From Bacteroidetes bacterium UBA2475 (GTDB taxonomy: Bacteria > Bacteroidota > Bacteroidia > B-17B0 > Aurantibacillaceae): a stretch of 64,000 nucleotides of DNA. How positions within the stretch are numbered: the first letter of the stretch is position 1; each line of letters opens with the position of its first letter. The stretch lies in the NCBI GenBank assembly GCA_002342065.1, contig DDPF01000010.1:327507-391506 (forward strand), written 5' to 3'. Under the pieces are notes generated by a model. That model saw only the letters and a program-made list of their open reading frames with translations. It was not told the DNA's origin and did not search any database. Shown here one piece after another: positions 27,727 to 37,440 of this stretch. Position numbers and translations under genes: made by a program.

Positions 27727-30039
27727 CTAAATTTTAATACCAATTACAAGCACATCATCCACCTGCGCTACAGAACCACGCCATTTCTCAAACGTATTGT
27801 ACAAAGTAGCTTTTTGTTCTTCCATAGACTGATCTTGCATATTAATAAGCGTTTCTTTAAAACGTTTATATAAAAATTTCTTTTCTTTTTCGCCACCAAA
27901 CTGATCTGCATAACCGTCTGTGAAAAGGTATATACAATCGCCTTTTTGTAACGTAAACAACGTATTTGTAAACGGTTTCGATTCTGAATCCATTGCCGCG
28001 GTAATTGGTTGTTTATCGCCTTTAAATTCAAATAACTTTTTGTTACGAACAACATACAAAGGGTTATTAGCGCCTGCAAATTCTAAACGCATTCCCTGAA
28101 TATCAATGCAGCAAAAGGCTACATCCATCCCATCTCTTATGGGTGTTTCGTTACTATTTTGATTTAAACTTTTTTTAAGTTCGCTATTTAAGAAATCTAA
28201 AGCCACGGCTGCGGAATTTATTTCTGAATTATTGATTGTTTGATTTAATAAGGTATTTCCAATGATACTCATAAATGCACCAGGCACTCCATGTCCGGTA
28301 CAATCTACCGCAGCTATTACCAAAACATTGGTGCCGGCTTTGTATTCGTAACCTGTTTTTGAATATAAATCTTCTTTGATCTCATAATTTGTAAACCAAT
28401 AAAAATCGCCACTTACAATATCTCGAGGTTTAAAAAATATAAACGACTCAGGAGCATACTCTTTCAATTTTGCTTTTTCGATTAAGATGGATCGCTGAAT
28501 ACGTTTTGAATATTCAATACTATCAGAAATATCTTTATTCTTTTCATCGATCTCGTGACGCTGTTCGTTGATCTCTTTTTCTAAACGCATACGTTCTGTT
28601 ATATCACGTGCATAAATAACAATTGCCGGGCGGCCTGCGAAAGGCGCAACTTTGGCCGAACACTCAACAGGAATTAAATTTCCTGATTTTGTAATAAAAG
28701 GAACATCTTTATAAATCAAACCTCCCTTTTCCCAAACGTCTGCAACAATACTTGAACTTTTTTCAAGATATTCTTTTGGATGAAGATCAAACAAAGAAAG
28801 TTTTTCTAATTCTTCTTCCGAATATTCTAACAATTTAGTAGCACTTGGGTTTGTTTGGTGAATTTTACCATCCACAATATCAATGACGAGCATAGCATCG
28901 TTGGCTTGATCGATAATGCTTTCATAATTACTTAGTTGTTTTTTTAATGAAGCAATTGTTTCTTCGTAATTCTTTACTTCTTCACTCGTGGATGCTTTTT
29001 TAGAAGATGTTTCTTTAAGCTGTATTTCCTCTTCTGAAGGATCTTTAGAAGTTTTATATTTTCCATCCAACTCCTCTATAATTGGAAAAATTAACGAAGG
29101 ATTTAAAAACTCCCCTACTTTATCGGGACGCGAAACATAACGCACCACTCCTGTTTTATCAATTAAAAAAGAAGCGGGTAATGGAATACCTTCTTCATAC
29201 TTCTCAGCAAAATCGTTATCATATTCTTTTAGCTGGACACCATATATCATAGCCGTTTTTTGTCCCTCATCGGCCAACACTTTAAAATCCAAGCCTAACT
29301 TTTCTACCATCCCTTTGTTAACACCAACAGGATCGGGACCAATAGCCATTACTAAAATATTTTTGGACTGGAATTTATCATTATTTTTTTCGTAAGTACG
29401 TAGCATCATGTGGCAACCCGGACACCAATCGCCACGCACAAATATTAAAAGTAAATGACGTTTATCTTTAAAATCAGAGAGCTTAACGATCTCTCCATTT
29501 TGATCGGGCAATGCAAATTCGTTAGCAGGTTTACCAATTTGCACGCGGTAACCACCCGAGTGAATCTTTAATTGTTTTTTATCTTTTAAAATGCCCCAAC
29601 CTAAAACAGCGGCAAATAAAATTATTAAAGAAGGAAATGCCCAACCCTGCCAACCATAAGGAAAAATTATATTACCGGCTAAATAACAAACGAAGGCCAA
29701 ACCAAACATTAAAGGTTCGAACCATGAATAACCCGTATATGAAAAAGTGGTAAAAAATACGATCCGCAAAATAGATCCAAAACCAGCTATTAATAAAGCA
29801 ATAGTTAAAAGAGGAAAATGTTCAAAAGGAAGATCTAACGAAGCGCCAATTAAAAATGCAGAAACAAAAACAGTAATAAATTGGTACCAACTGGTATATT
29901 TTGAAACTTCTTTAACGGAAGCAAAATAGGCTACCAATGATAATATAGATGCCGGCAAAGTATAGCCTAAAAAAAGGCAAACAATGGAACCAATATTGAG
30001 GACAACTGCAAGTGTGGTACCTGGGTGGATCTTTTTCAT
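27727..30039 (-). CDS. Membrane / AhpC-TSA redoxin / PAS / SpoIIE (PP2C-type) phosphatase fusion
   Basis: aa 1-150 hydrophobic; 'FALPDQNG...FVRGDWCPGC...PASFLIDKTGVVRY'; PAS ending 'YARDITER'; SpoIIE motifs 'PRDIVSGDFYW', 'DCTGHGVPGAFMS', 'DGMD', 'TDGYADQFGG', 'DDVLVIG'. Confidence 0.85.
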   Translation of the reverse strand: MKKIHPGTTLAVVLNIGSIVCLFLGYTLPASILSLVAYFASVKEVSKYTSWYQFITVFVSAFLIGASLDLPFEHFPLLTIALLIAGFGSILRIVFFTTFSYTGYSWFEPLMFGLAFVCYLAGNIIFPYGWQGWAFPSLIILFAAVLGWGILKDKKQLKIHSGGYRVQIGKPANEFALPDQNGEIVKLSDFKDKRHLLLIFVRGDWCPGCHMMLRTYEKNNDKFQSKNILVMAIGPDPVGVNKGMVEKLGLDFKVLADEGQKTAMIYGVQLKEYDNDFAEKYEEGIPLPASFLIDKTGVVRYVSRPDKVGEFLNPSLIFPIIEELDGKYKTSKDPSEEEIQLKETSSKKASTSEEVKNYEETIASLKKQLSNYESIIDQANDAMLVIDIVDGKIHQTNPSATKLLEYSEEELEKLSLFDLHPKEYLEKSSSIVADVWEKGGLIYKDVPFITKSGNLIPVECSAKVAPFAGRPAIVIYARDITERMRLEKEINEQRHEIDEKNKDISDSIEYSKRIQRSILIEKAKLKEYAPESFIFFKPRDIVSGDFYWFTNYEIKEDLYSKTGYEYKAGTNVLVIAAVDCTGHGVPGAFMSIIGNTLLNQTINNSEINSAAVALDFLNSELKKSLNQNSNETPIRDGMDVAFCCIDIQGMRLEFAGANNPLYVVRNKKLFEFKGDKQPITAAMDSESKPFTNTLFTLQKGDCIYLFTDGYADQFGGEKEKKFLYKRFKETLINMQDQSMEEQKATLYNTFEKWRGSVAQVDDVLVIGIKI

Positions 30040-30076
30040 TTGATGCTATAAATATAATACAACAATTACGTAAAAC

Positions 30077-30108
30077 AAAAAAATCCCTTTAGCTTTCACT
30101 AAAGGGAT
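30077..30108 (-). terminator. Intrinsic terminator after dnaK-secG-like
   Basis: 10-bp stem ATCCCTTTAG/CTAAAGGGAT followed by a T run on the minus strand. Confidence 0.8.
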
Positions 30109-30132
30109 CCTTCATTTAAACTTTAAAGTCTA

Positions 30133-30327
30133 TTATTTAATTAAGATCGCAAACACCATCACTAATAACGCTAATGACCATGTTGTTTTTTCTATAAAGC
30201 TATTTGCTTTATTTATACTTACAACTTGCCTTGCTACTTTACTTTGAAATTCACCTTTTGAGTTTTGCATCAAAACAGCAATAATAAGTAAAGAACAGAG
30301 CGATAATAGTGCGATTGATAAGATCAT
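30133..30327 (-). CDS. secG: Short SecG-like membrane protein
   Basis: Two TM segments, 'LLIIAVLMQNSKG' and 'FIEKTTW' match SecG, but the Gly-rich loop is missing and it is only 64 aa. Confidence 0.6.
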   Translation of the reverse strand: MILSIALLSLCSLLIIAVLMQNSKGEFQSKVARQVVSINKANSFIEKTTWSLALLVMVFAILIK

Positions 30328-30350
30328 GTTTCTCTTTTTAAATTATTAAA

Positions 30351-32273
30351 TTATTTTACTTCTTCAAAATCAACATCGGTTACATTTTCGCCGCCATTTT
30401 TATTTGCTTCGTTTTGCGCACCGTTATTGTTTGGATCCGTATTATTATTTTGTTGATTTGCACCTGCGTTTTGTTGCGCTTTGTACATATCTTCGCTTGC
30501 CGCAGCCCACAAGGTATTTATACTTGCTAAAGCCGCAGTTATTTTTTCTACATCTTTTGATGCATGCGCCGCTTTTAATTCAGTTAATGCATTCTCGATA
30601 GGCGCTTTTTTCTCTGCAGGAATTTTATCTCCAAACTCTTTTAATTGTTTTTCTGTCTGGAAGATCATTGCATCTGCTTCGTTCAGTTTATCAACTTCTT
30701 CTTTTGCTTTTTTATCTGAATCGGCATTTGCTTCTGCTTCGCGTTTCATACGGTCTATCTCTTCCTGGCTTAAACCACTCTTAGCTTCGATACGGATGTT
30801 GTGCGATTTGCCTGTTGCTTTATCTTTTGCGCTTACATTTAAAATACCGTTCGCGTCAATATCAAATGTAACTTCAATTTGCGGTACGCCACGTTGTGCA
30901 GGCGGTAAACCATCTAGGTTAAATTCACCCAGTTTACGGTTATCACGTGCCATAGGACGCTCACCCTGGTAAACCACGATCTGTACAGAAGGTTGATTAT
31001 CCGCAGCGGTACTAAAGTCCTGCGATTTTTTTGTTGGTATAGTTGTATTCGATTCAATTAGTTTTGTGAATACACCACCCATTGTTTCGATACCTAATGA
31101 TAAAGGCGTAACATCTAACAACAACACGTCTTTTACTTCGCCAGTTAAAACACCACCTTGTATAGCAGCTCCTAAAGCAACAACCTCATCAGGATTAACT
31201 CCTTTGTTTGGTGCTTTACCAAAGAATTTCTCAACTGCCGCTTGAACAGCAGGGATACGTGTTGAACCACCTACTAAAATAATTTCATCTACTTCTGAAG
31301 TTGACAGGCCTGCATTTTTTAATGCTGATTTACATGGCTCAATAGTACGTTGAATTAAACTATCTGCTAAAGATTCAAATTTTGCACGGGTTAAGTTTTT
31401 TACCAAATGTTTTGGTATACCATTAACCGGCATAATGTATGGCAAATTAATTTCGGTACTTGTAGAACTTGATAATTCTATCTTGGCTTTTTCTGCAGCT
31501 TCTTTTAAACGTTGTAAAGCCATTGGATCCTGACGTAAATCTAATCCTTCATCTTTTTTAAATTCATCGGCTAACCAATCAATAATTACCTGGTCAAAGT
31601 CGTCACCACCTAAGTGAGTATCACCATCGGTAGATTTTACTTCAAACACACCATCACCTAATTCTAACACAGACACGTCATGCGTTCCACCACCACAATC
31701 AAATACAACAAGCTTAATATCTTTACCTTTTTTATCCATACCATAAGCTAAAGCAGCAGCGGTTGGTTCGTTAATGATACGTTTTACTTTTAAGCCTGCA
31801 ATTTCGCCGGCTTCTTTAGTTGCCTGACGTTGCGCATCGTTAAAGTAAGCAGGTACTGTAATTACAGCATCTGTAACTTCTGTTCCTAAAAAATCTTCAG
31901 CAGTTTTTTTCATTTTTTGCAAAATGATCGCTGAAATTTCTTGCGGAGTATATTTACGGTCGTCAATTTCTACACGAGGTGTATTATTGTCGCCTTTAAC
32001 TACTTTATATGGCATACGGGCTGCTTCGCTTGTGATCTCGTCAAAAGTATGACCCATAAAACGTTTAATTGAATAAACTGTTTTACGTGGATTTGTGATT
32101 GCCTGGCGTTTTGCCGGGTCGCCCACTTTACGTTCGCCACCTTCAACAAAGGCCACAACTGAAGGGGTTGTACGTTTACCTTCGTTATTTGGTATAACCA
32201 CAGCTTCATTACCTTCCATAACCGAAACGCAGCTATTTGTGGTTCCTAGATCTATTCCTATAATTTTTCCCAT
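30351..32273 (-). CDS. dnaK: Chaperone DnaK
   Basis: 'GIDLGTTNS', 'TVPAYFND', 'INEPTAAAL', 'GVNPDEVVA'. Confidence 0.99.
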   Translation of the reverse strand: MGKIIGIDLGTTNSCVSVMEGNEAVVIPNNEGKRTTPSVVAFVEGGERKVGDPAKRQAITNPRKTVYSIKRFMGHTFDEITSEAARMPYKVVKGDNNTPRVEIDDRKYTPQEISAIILQKMKKTAEDFLGTEVTDAVITVPAYFNDAQRQATKEAGEIAGLKVKRIINEPTAAALAYGMDKKGKDIKLVVFDCGGGTHDVSVLELGDGVFEVKSTDGDTHLGGDDFDQVIIDWLADEFKKDEGLDLRQDPMALQRLKEAAEKAKIELSSSTSTEINLPYIMPVNGIPKHLVKNLTRAKFESLADSLIQRTIEPCKSALKNAGLSTSEVDEIILVGGSTRIPAVQAAVEKFFGKAPNKGVNPDEVVALGAAIQGGVLTGEVKDVLLLDVTPLSLGIETMGGVFTKLIESNTTIPTKKSQDFSTAADNQPSVQIVVYQGERPMARDNRKLGEFNLDGLPPAQRGVPQIEVTFDIDANGILNVSAKDKATGKSHNIRIEAKSGLSQEEIDRMKREAEANADSDKKAKEEVDKLNEADAMIFQTEKQLKEFGDKIPAEKKAPIENALTELKAAHASKDVEKITAALASINTLWAAASEDMYKAQQNAGANQQNNNTDPNNNGAQNEANKNGGENVTDVDFEEVK

Positions 32274-32317
32274 TTTATTTATTTTTATTATTTGTTCTGT
32301 TATTTACGGGGGTTATT

Positions 32318-32333
32318 TCAATAAATATGCCAA
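32318..32333 (-). promoter_or_regulatory. Sigma-54-like -24/-12 element upstream of dnaK
   Basis: Minus strand TTGGCATATTTATTGA against consensus TGGCACGNNNNTTGC; spacing is correct, with one mismatch in the -12 box. Confidence 0.45.
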
Positions 32334-32432
32334 AGGAAAATGAACAAAAATAAGCGACAACCTGTCACAAAAAGCCATGAAAAAAGCATCAAAATGGCGT
32401 AAATAATTAAGGATCTTGCGAAAAAGGCAGGT

Positions 32433-33551
32433 TTAGTTACACCAGCTTTGTGCCACTAGCTGGGAAGTATAAAAATGATACTTACAAGTATTAGGATTAA
32501 AAGAGAATTGAGAGATAAATGCGCTTGCCATTTCTTTATAAACCGAATGCCGGGTTCTAAAGGTAAAGATACCCATAGCGGCTCTATCATCAAAATTAGA
32601 ATAAATTGGTTTGTCCTGTGCTATACTTAGCGAGGGAGCGGTAAACTGCAGATAATCTACATATTCTTGTGTAGAGGTATAAGCAATGGCTTGCATTTTG
32701 TACATTTTACGGCCATTGATATTATTGGTCAACCCCATTTTTGATAAAGAATAGCCTAATGATGTAAAAAGGTCGATTCCTTTAAAGTCGAAAGCAAAAA
32801 CCTTAAAATTCTGAATCGTTCTAAGGTCTTTCATATACTGGTTACCAAAATCGTAATCCACATAACGATAAACTTTACTGTTATCGAATAAAGAATCAAA
32901 AAAATGAAATCTTAGTTTCATAGTATAAATTGAACCATCGTTAGGATAGAATTTTGGAGAATAAAGTTGGTTCTGAGCACTGTAATCAGGATAGATATCA
33001 GGATTGCTAGGATTTGAGCCCACTGGAACAGGATAATAAGGCGGGGTAAAAGGTGTAAAACCACTTGGTTTAATACTATCTATTGCATTTGCTCTGGCAG
33101 TAAATACTTTAGAAGTTTTTACGTTTGTTACTTTTAAAATGTATTGACCTGTAACATATAACCTGTCTGAAGTAACATATACCCTTTGTGTTGTATTAAA
33201 TGGCCCAGGATTTGCCTGGATAACCGAATCGTGAAATGTAATTACATTATGATAAGTTCCTGAGGGAGTTGCCCATGCCGGTGCACCATTAACTGTACGC
33301 TCTAAAGTTACCAAAAGGTCGCCTGCCTGGTAGTTAATAGAATCGGCTACCTGAGCCATATCGTTTGCATTGCCTTCACCTAAAAATACTTTATTAACCC
33401 TTACCATCTGGATAGTTTCCTGTGGGTTTAAAATGGCATAAATTGTTGGAACTTCTTTATAGGGAGCATTAATATTAAGATCGTTCTTGCAAGAAGAAAA
33501 AAATAAGATGCCAGAGCATGCTAAAATATATGAAAAATTTAAAAATTTCAT
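32433..33551 (-). CDS. Lipoprotein, DUF4249-like
   Basis: Lipobox 'FFSSC'; 'IYAILNP', 'PIYSNF...MGIF' resemble DUF4249 proteins. Confidence 0.6.
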   Translation of the reverse strand: MKFLNFSYILACSGILFFSSCKNDLNINAPYKEVPTIYAILNPQETIQMVRVNKVFLGEGNANDMAQVADSINYQAGDLLVTLERTVNGAPAWATPSGTYHNVITFHDSVIQANPGPFNTTQRVYVTSDRLYVTGQYILKVTNVKTSKVFTARANAIDSIKPSGFTPFTPPYYPVPVGSNPSNPDIYPDYSAQNQLYSPKFYPNDGSIYTMKLRFHFFDSLFDNSKVYRYVDYDFGNQYMKDLRTIQNFKVFAFDFKGIDLFTSLGYSLSKMGLTNNINGRKMYKMQAIAYTSTQEYVDYLQFTAPSLSIAQDKPIYSNFDDRAAMGIFTFRTRHSVYKEMASAFISQFSFNPNTCKYHFYTSQLVAQSWCN

Positions 33552-33581
33552 GTTTTAAAGGTACACTATTTTTTTATTACC

Positions 33582-34946
33582 CTAAAGCTCATTTACTGTT
33601 TGGTGCAAGTTTTTATAGATACGGTCGTAACCGGGGTATAAATGGTTAGAAAAGGTGCGTTCGTGAAAAACTGACACAAATAAACCGTTAACATTTTTAA
33701 CTTCTTTAGCCAAAGAAAGCAAAGAGTTAAGCATAGTTTCGGGACTTAATTTATCATACACAAAATAAGCACCATCCATTGCACAAAAAGGAACCATTAA
33801 AAAATCATCCTGTTTATTTGTATTGAAATTAAAATAATAAAAAGGAAATGATGTGCCGGCCCTGAAGCCCGGTGCTGAGGCAAAACCCATTGAAAAATCG
33901 GCAACAAAACCATTCTGCATTAACTGTGCTGGTGTTGTGCGAATATTAAATCGTAAATAATGTTGTCGCGATAAAGTGATCTTTTCGTTTGCTTTTTGCA
34001 CGAGCATGTTTTGTTCATATATCAAAAGACCTTTTTCAACAGAAGAGTTATAAGATGGGTGTAAGCCTATAAAAGCTGAGTGCTGTTTTATTCGTTTAAA
34101 CACCTCAACAAATGCGTTCGAATTTGGGTCAACTGTGCGATCGTATTTTGTACCGTTGCGAAAAAGAAAAAAATAAATAAGAGGGATCTTTTTATCTAAA
34201 CAGAATTCTGAAACCGAAGAATAAATATCAAAAGGGTCTTCAGCTTTTTTTGAGAGAACAGTTCTTCTGTGTTTTAGATTGGTAAGGTCAAACTTCAAAA
34301 GATCTTTACAAATTGCGCCCGCCGTTCTTAAAAAACCTTTTTCTTTGTATGCATATAAATTGTCAACATCAATAGTGCTAATTACTTTGAATTTATTTTT
34401 CGGGAAAGTAATTTCTTTAAAAAACTTTTCTAATTCATCTTTAAATTCCAATATCCAAATATCAACTACAGGTTTTAAGTGCATTTTATTTTTAAATAAG
34501 ATGCTTTCCTTTGCTTCAAAACGACCATGCATATCAGGTTCAAAAGCCTGCCACTCTTCATAACGGGAGATAAAATAAAAGACTGAAGAAAAAATATCGT
34601 AATTAAAATGAGAAAGGCCTTCATTTTCAAAAAAATAGATCAGCTCATTTTTTAATGTAGCTTTTGGTTTATTTTCAGTAACACCGGTCTCAAATAAAAG
34701 AGTGTTTGGTTTGATCTGAAATGTGCCCGCAATTGACTTTGAAGAATAATTGATCTTAAATAATTTTGAACTTTCAAATTCAGAAGGGGTGTTTGTAATG
34801 TTTACATTTACTTTTAATACGTTCTCAAAAATAAATTTTGCTGTATAATTTAATCGTGCGCTTTGTTTTTCGCAATAAATAATAAAGCCGGGCGATCCCG
34901 CTCCTATCTCAAGGTTAAGTAATTTATGTAACCCTGCTCTATCCAC
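33582..34946 (-). CDS. Polysaccharide deacetylase-like protein (DUF7033-type N-terminus)
   Basis: 'FYFISRYEE', 'TIDVD', 'GLHPSY', 'RQHYLR', 'VFHE'. Confidence 0.7.
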   Translation of the reverse strand: MDRAGLHKLLNLEIGAGSPGFIIYCEKQSARLNYTAKFIFENVLKVNVNITNTPSEFESSKLFKINYSSKSIAGTFQIKPNTLLFETGVTENKPKATLKNELIYFFENEGLSHFNYDIFSSVFYFISRYEEWQAFEPDMHGRFEAKESILFKNKMHLKPVVDIWILEFKDELEKFFKEITFPKNKFKVISTIDVDNLYAYKEKGFLRTAGAICKDLLKFDLTNLKHRRTVLSKKAEDPFDIYSSVSEFCLDKKIPLIYFFLFRNGTKYDRTVDPNSNAFVEVFKRIKQHSAFIGLHPSYNSSVEKGLLIYEQNMLVQKANEKITLSRQHYLRFNIRTTPAQLMQNGFVADFSMGFASAPGFRAGTSFPFYYFNFNTNKQDDFLMVPFCAMDGAYFVYDKLSPETMLNSLLSLAKEVKNVNGLFVSVFHERTFSNHLYPGYDRIYKNLHQTVNEL

Positions 34947-35003
34947 TAGATCGTATTAAAGCTATTAATTAAAGATCTCATCTGGATCAATAACGATGAG
35001 AAT

Positions 35004-36398
35004 TTATTTATCGTGTGTGAATTTAATAAAACTTAAATTAAATTTCGGTCTGAGTAATGTATTTGGATGACTGTTACCGGCAAATACTACCCTTTCGGCA
35101 TAATTGTCGCGGCGAACCACTATGGTAGGATCAGGGTCGGCAACAACAATATGAAAGCCATAATTTTTTCTCTTACCATTTAATATTGCCTGCACATGGC
35201 GTGGCAAATTAAAAACGTAGCTGTTATTTGTAGCATCATAAACACCACCATAACGTAAAAAATCTGTGTTGCTCAATTGATCTACGGCATATGTTTCTTT
35301 TCCTAAAGAATCTAAAGGCAATAACGCTAATTTAGGAGGCGTGTAATACAAGGCTGTGCCAACAGATGAAGCAAAAGCAGGATCGATATAATATACAAAC
35401 TCAGCACGGTTAATGGCAATTGGAACCGTATCGGCATACGCTTTTAAATAATCTAAGAACGGAAGCTGAACTTTAATTCTTGCACCAGCCAATCCTTTTA
35501 AAAATAAATTTTGTTGTCCTAAAATTTTATTGCCCGCCAGTTGCTGGTAAAGTAATGTATTGCCGCTTTGGGTAGGTTGGTAATTAACGGTAATAAACCT
35601 TAAAGCATCGGTACCCGAAAAATTAAATTTAAAACTAAGATCTTCTTTAGTTGCAGATGGCACACCTTTTTGATAACGCAAATAAAAACCACTGATCGCA
35701 TCTGCGAGGTCAAATCTTGCAATTACGCCATGAGTACTGGGTGTTGTTCCCGGACTTATAGCGCTTTCGGCTGCAGTAATATAAAAACCTTTATAGTTGT
35801 TTAAAAAAGTAGCGTTATCAACCAGGTATTGCGGATTATTTAAAATAGACTTTGCATAGTTATTATCAATTGGTATACGTAATACCATTTTACCATCCAG
35901 TGTTGAATACGTGCCTGTATAAACACCCAAAAGCACATTTTTATTATGCAATTTATCGTTGTTAGAAAAATAAAGACGGTTTGTACTTAAAGAAGAGTCC
36001 AGTGCAAAGACCGAATAAGTTAAAGGAGTACTTTGATCACCAACAAAATTTAAACTATAAACTGCTAAAACTATTTCGGCCGAAACAAGATTGGCATCTT
36101 CGCCAAAAGAAGTAAAGGTAACGCCATTTGGAATGTTAGCGTTTAAATACAAACCAACATCCATCCGTCCAAAAGTTGGATCCTGACTACTTCCTAAAAA
36201 TTTGTACTGGTCATTGAAAGATGCAAATGAATCTACCTTTACGCTATATCCTGAAAGTATTGCTGTATCGCAAAAACTTGCGTTTACGTCGTCGTTCTCT
36301 GGCTGCACTTCTACACCTAAAACACTGTGGTCTTTTTTACAGCTTAAAAAAACTATTAAAAAAATAAGTGATAGAGCGGTATTTTTTACAATTTTCAA
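35004..36398 (-). CDS. DUF4270 family lipoprotein
   Basis: Lipobox 'VFLSC', 'LGSSQDPTFG'; downstream of the glgA-like gene, as usual in Bacteroidota. TTG start. Confidence 0.75.
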   Translation of the reverse strand: MKIVKNTALSLIFLIVFLSCKKDHSVLGVEVQPENDDVNASFCDTAILSGYSVKVDSFASFNDQYKFLGSSQDPTFGRMDVGLYLNANIPNGVTFTSFGEDANLVSAEIVLAVYSLNFVGDQSTPLTYSVFALDSSLSTNRLYFSNNDKLHNKNVLLGVYTGTYSTLDGKMVLRIPIDNNYAKSILNNPQYLVDNATFLNNYKGFYITAAESAISPGTTPSTHGVIARFDLADAISGFYLRYQKGVPSATKEDLSFKFNFSGTDALRFITVNYQPTQSGNTLLYQQLAGNKILGQQNLFLKGLAGARIKVQLPFLDYLKAYADTVPIAINRAEFVYYIDPAFASSVGTALYYTPPKLALLPLDSLGKETYAVDQLSNTDFLRYGGVYDATNNSYVFNLPRHVQAILNGKRKNYGFHIVVADPDPTIVVRRDNYAERVVFAGNSHPNTLLRPKFNLSFIKFTHDK

Positions 36399-36473
36399 AT
36401 TAATGTTATAAGCGATAAAAATAGGTAATTATTTAAACATGATTTTTTATTATTTACTAAAAAAACAAAAAAA

Positions 36474-36497
36474 ATACCCCAACATAAGTCGGGGTAT
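36474..36497 (-). terminator. Intrinsic terminator after glgA-like gene
   Basis: Stem ATACCCC/GGGGTAT followed by a T run on the minus strand. Confidence 0.65.
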
Positions 36498-36518
36498 CTA
36501 ATATAGTTTGCTTACATC

Positions 36519-37349
36519 TTAGCTTAAAACGTTTGCTTCTTCAAGCATTACATCGTAAAACTCGTTAAACGAATCCATGTATTCTAATTCGTTCTTGTAA
36601 GTTAAGAAAGGTTTACCCGATTTTTTAATGAATTTTTCAAGTTCGGGGTTTAAAGTTTCAGTTCCTTGGATTATACCATCAGCATACTCTAAAGATTGTT
36701 TCAACATGTTAATGTGACTTGAATCTTCCGAGATATGTTTAAGATCTTTTTTATTAAATCCATCAAAAGCTAACTTATCCATGAATTTTTTATTTAAAGC
36801 TTTTGGATACTCATCATCATAAAGCGATACAACAACTTTTGTATCAGCAAATAAAGGATCTTCTGCATAATACTTTTTAATGTATAATGGCATTAATGAT
36901 GTGAACCAACCGTGACAGTGGATAATATCCGGCTGCCAGCCTAGTTTTTTTACTGTTTCGGCTACGCCACGAACAAAGAACATAGCTCGTTCATCATTAT
37001 CATCAAAATATTTACCGCTGGTTTTGTCTGTTAAAACAGCTTTGCGGCTAAAATACTCTTCATTATCAATAAAATACACTTGCATACGCGCACTTGGTAT
37101 ACTTGCAACTTTAATAATTAATGGATGATCAACATCGTTAATGACCATATTCATCCCCGAAAGGCGAATTACTTCATGTAGTTGATGTCTTCTTTCGTTG
37201 ATACAGCCGTATTTTGGCATGAAAGTACGAATTTCTTTACCACGCTCCTGAATACCCTGCGGTAGCTTTCTGGCAATTTTTCCAACATAGGTTTCGTCTA
37301 AATAAGGGGTAATGTCTTGCGAAACAAAAAGAACTCTGGCTTTCTTCAT
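36519..37349 (-). CDS. Glycogen/starch synthase N-terminal domain protein (GT5-like, short)
   Basis: 'RVLFVSQ', 'EIRTFMPKYG', 'DNDER..FF', 'PDIIHCHGW'; 276 aa, no C-terminal GT-B domain. Confidence 0.8.
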   Translation of the reverse strand: MKKARVLFVSQDITPYLDETYVGKIARKLPQGIQERGKEIRTFMPKYGCINERRHQLHEVIRLSGMNMVINDVDHPLIIKVASIPSARMQVYFIDNEEYFSRKAVLTDKTSGKYFDDNDERAMFFVRGVAETVKKLGWQPDIIHCHGWFTSLMPLYIKKYYAEDPLFADTKVVVSLYDDEYPKALNKKFMDKLAFDGFNKKDLKHISEDSSHINMLKQSLEYADGIIQGTETLNPELEKFIKKSGKPFLTYKNELEYMDSFNEFYDVMLEEANVLS

Positions 37350-37380
37350 ACTTAATTTTTAGTTTCCTCAAATAATTATA

Positions 37381-37412
37381 CAAAAGTAATAAAAAAAAAT
37401 CCATATTTCAAA
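37381..37412 (-). promoter_or_regulatory. Bacteroidota sigma-70-type promoter for glgA-like gene
   Basis: Minus strand TTTG, then 20 nt, then TACTTTTG. Confidence 0.6.
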
Positions 37413-37420
37413 GTAAAATG

Positions 37421-37428
37421 TACATTTG
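37421..37428 (+). promoter_or_regulatory. -7 element (TACATTTG) upstream of panC
   Basis: Matches TAnnTTTG; no clear -33 TTG. Confidence 0.45.
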
Positions 37429-37440
37429 CCCTGCACAAGC

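Noticed and set aside
30404-32343. Several ORFs opposite or overlapping dnaK (e.g. 30481..30972, 163 aa)
   Set aside because: Antisense or out-of-frame shadows of a highly conserved gene, with no recognisable motifs.
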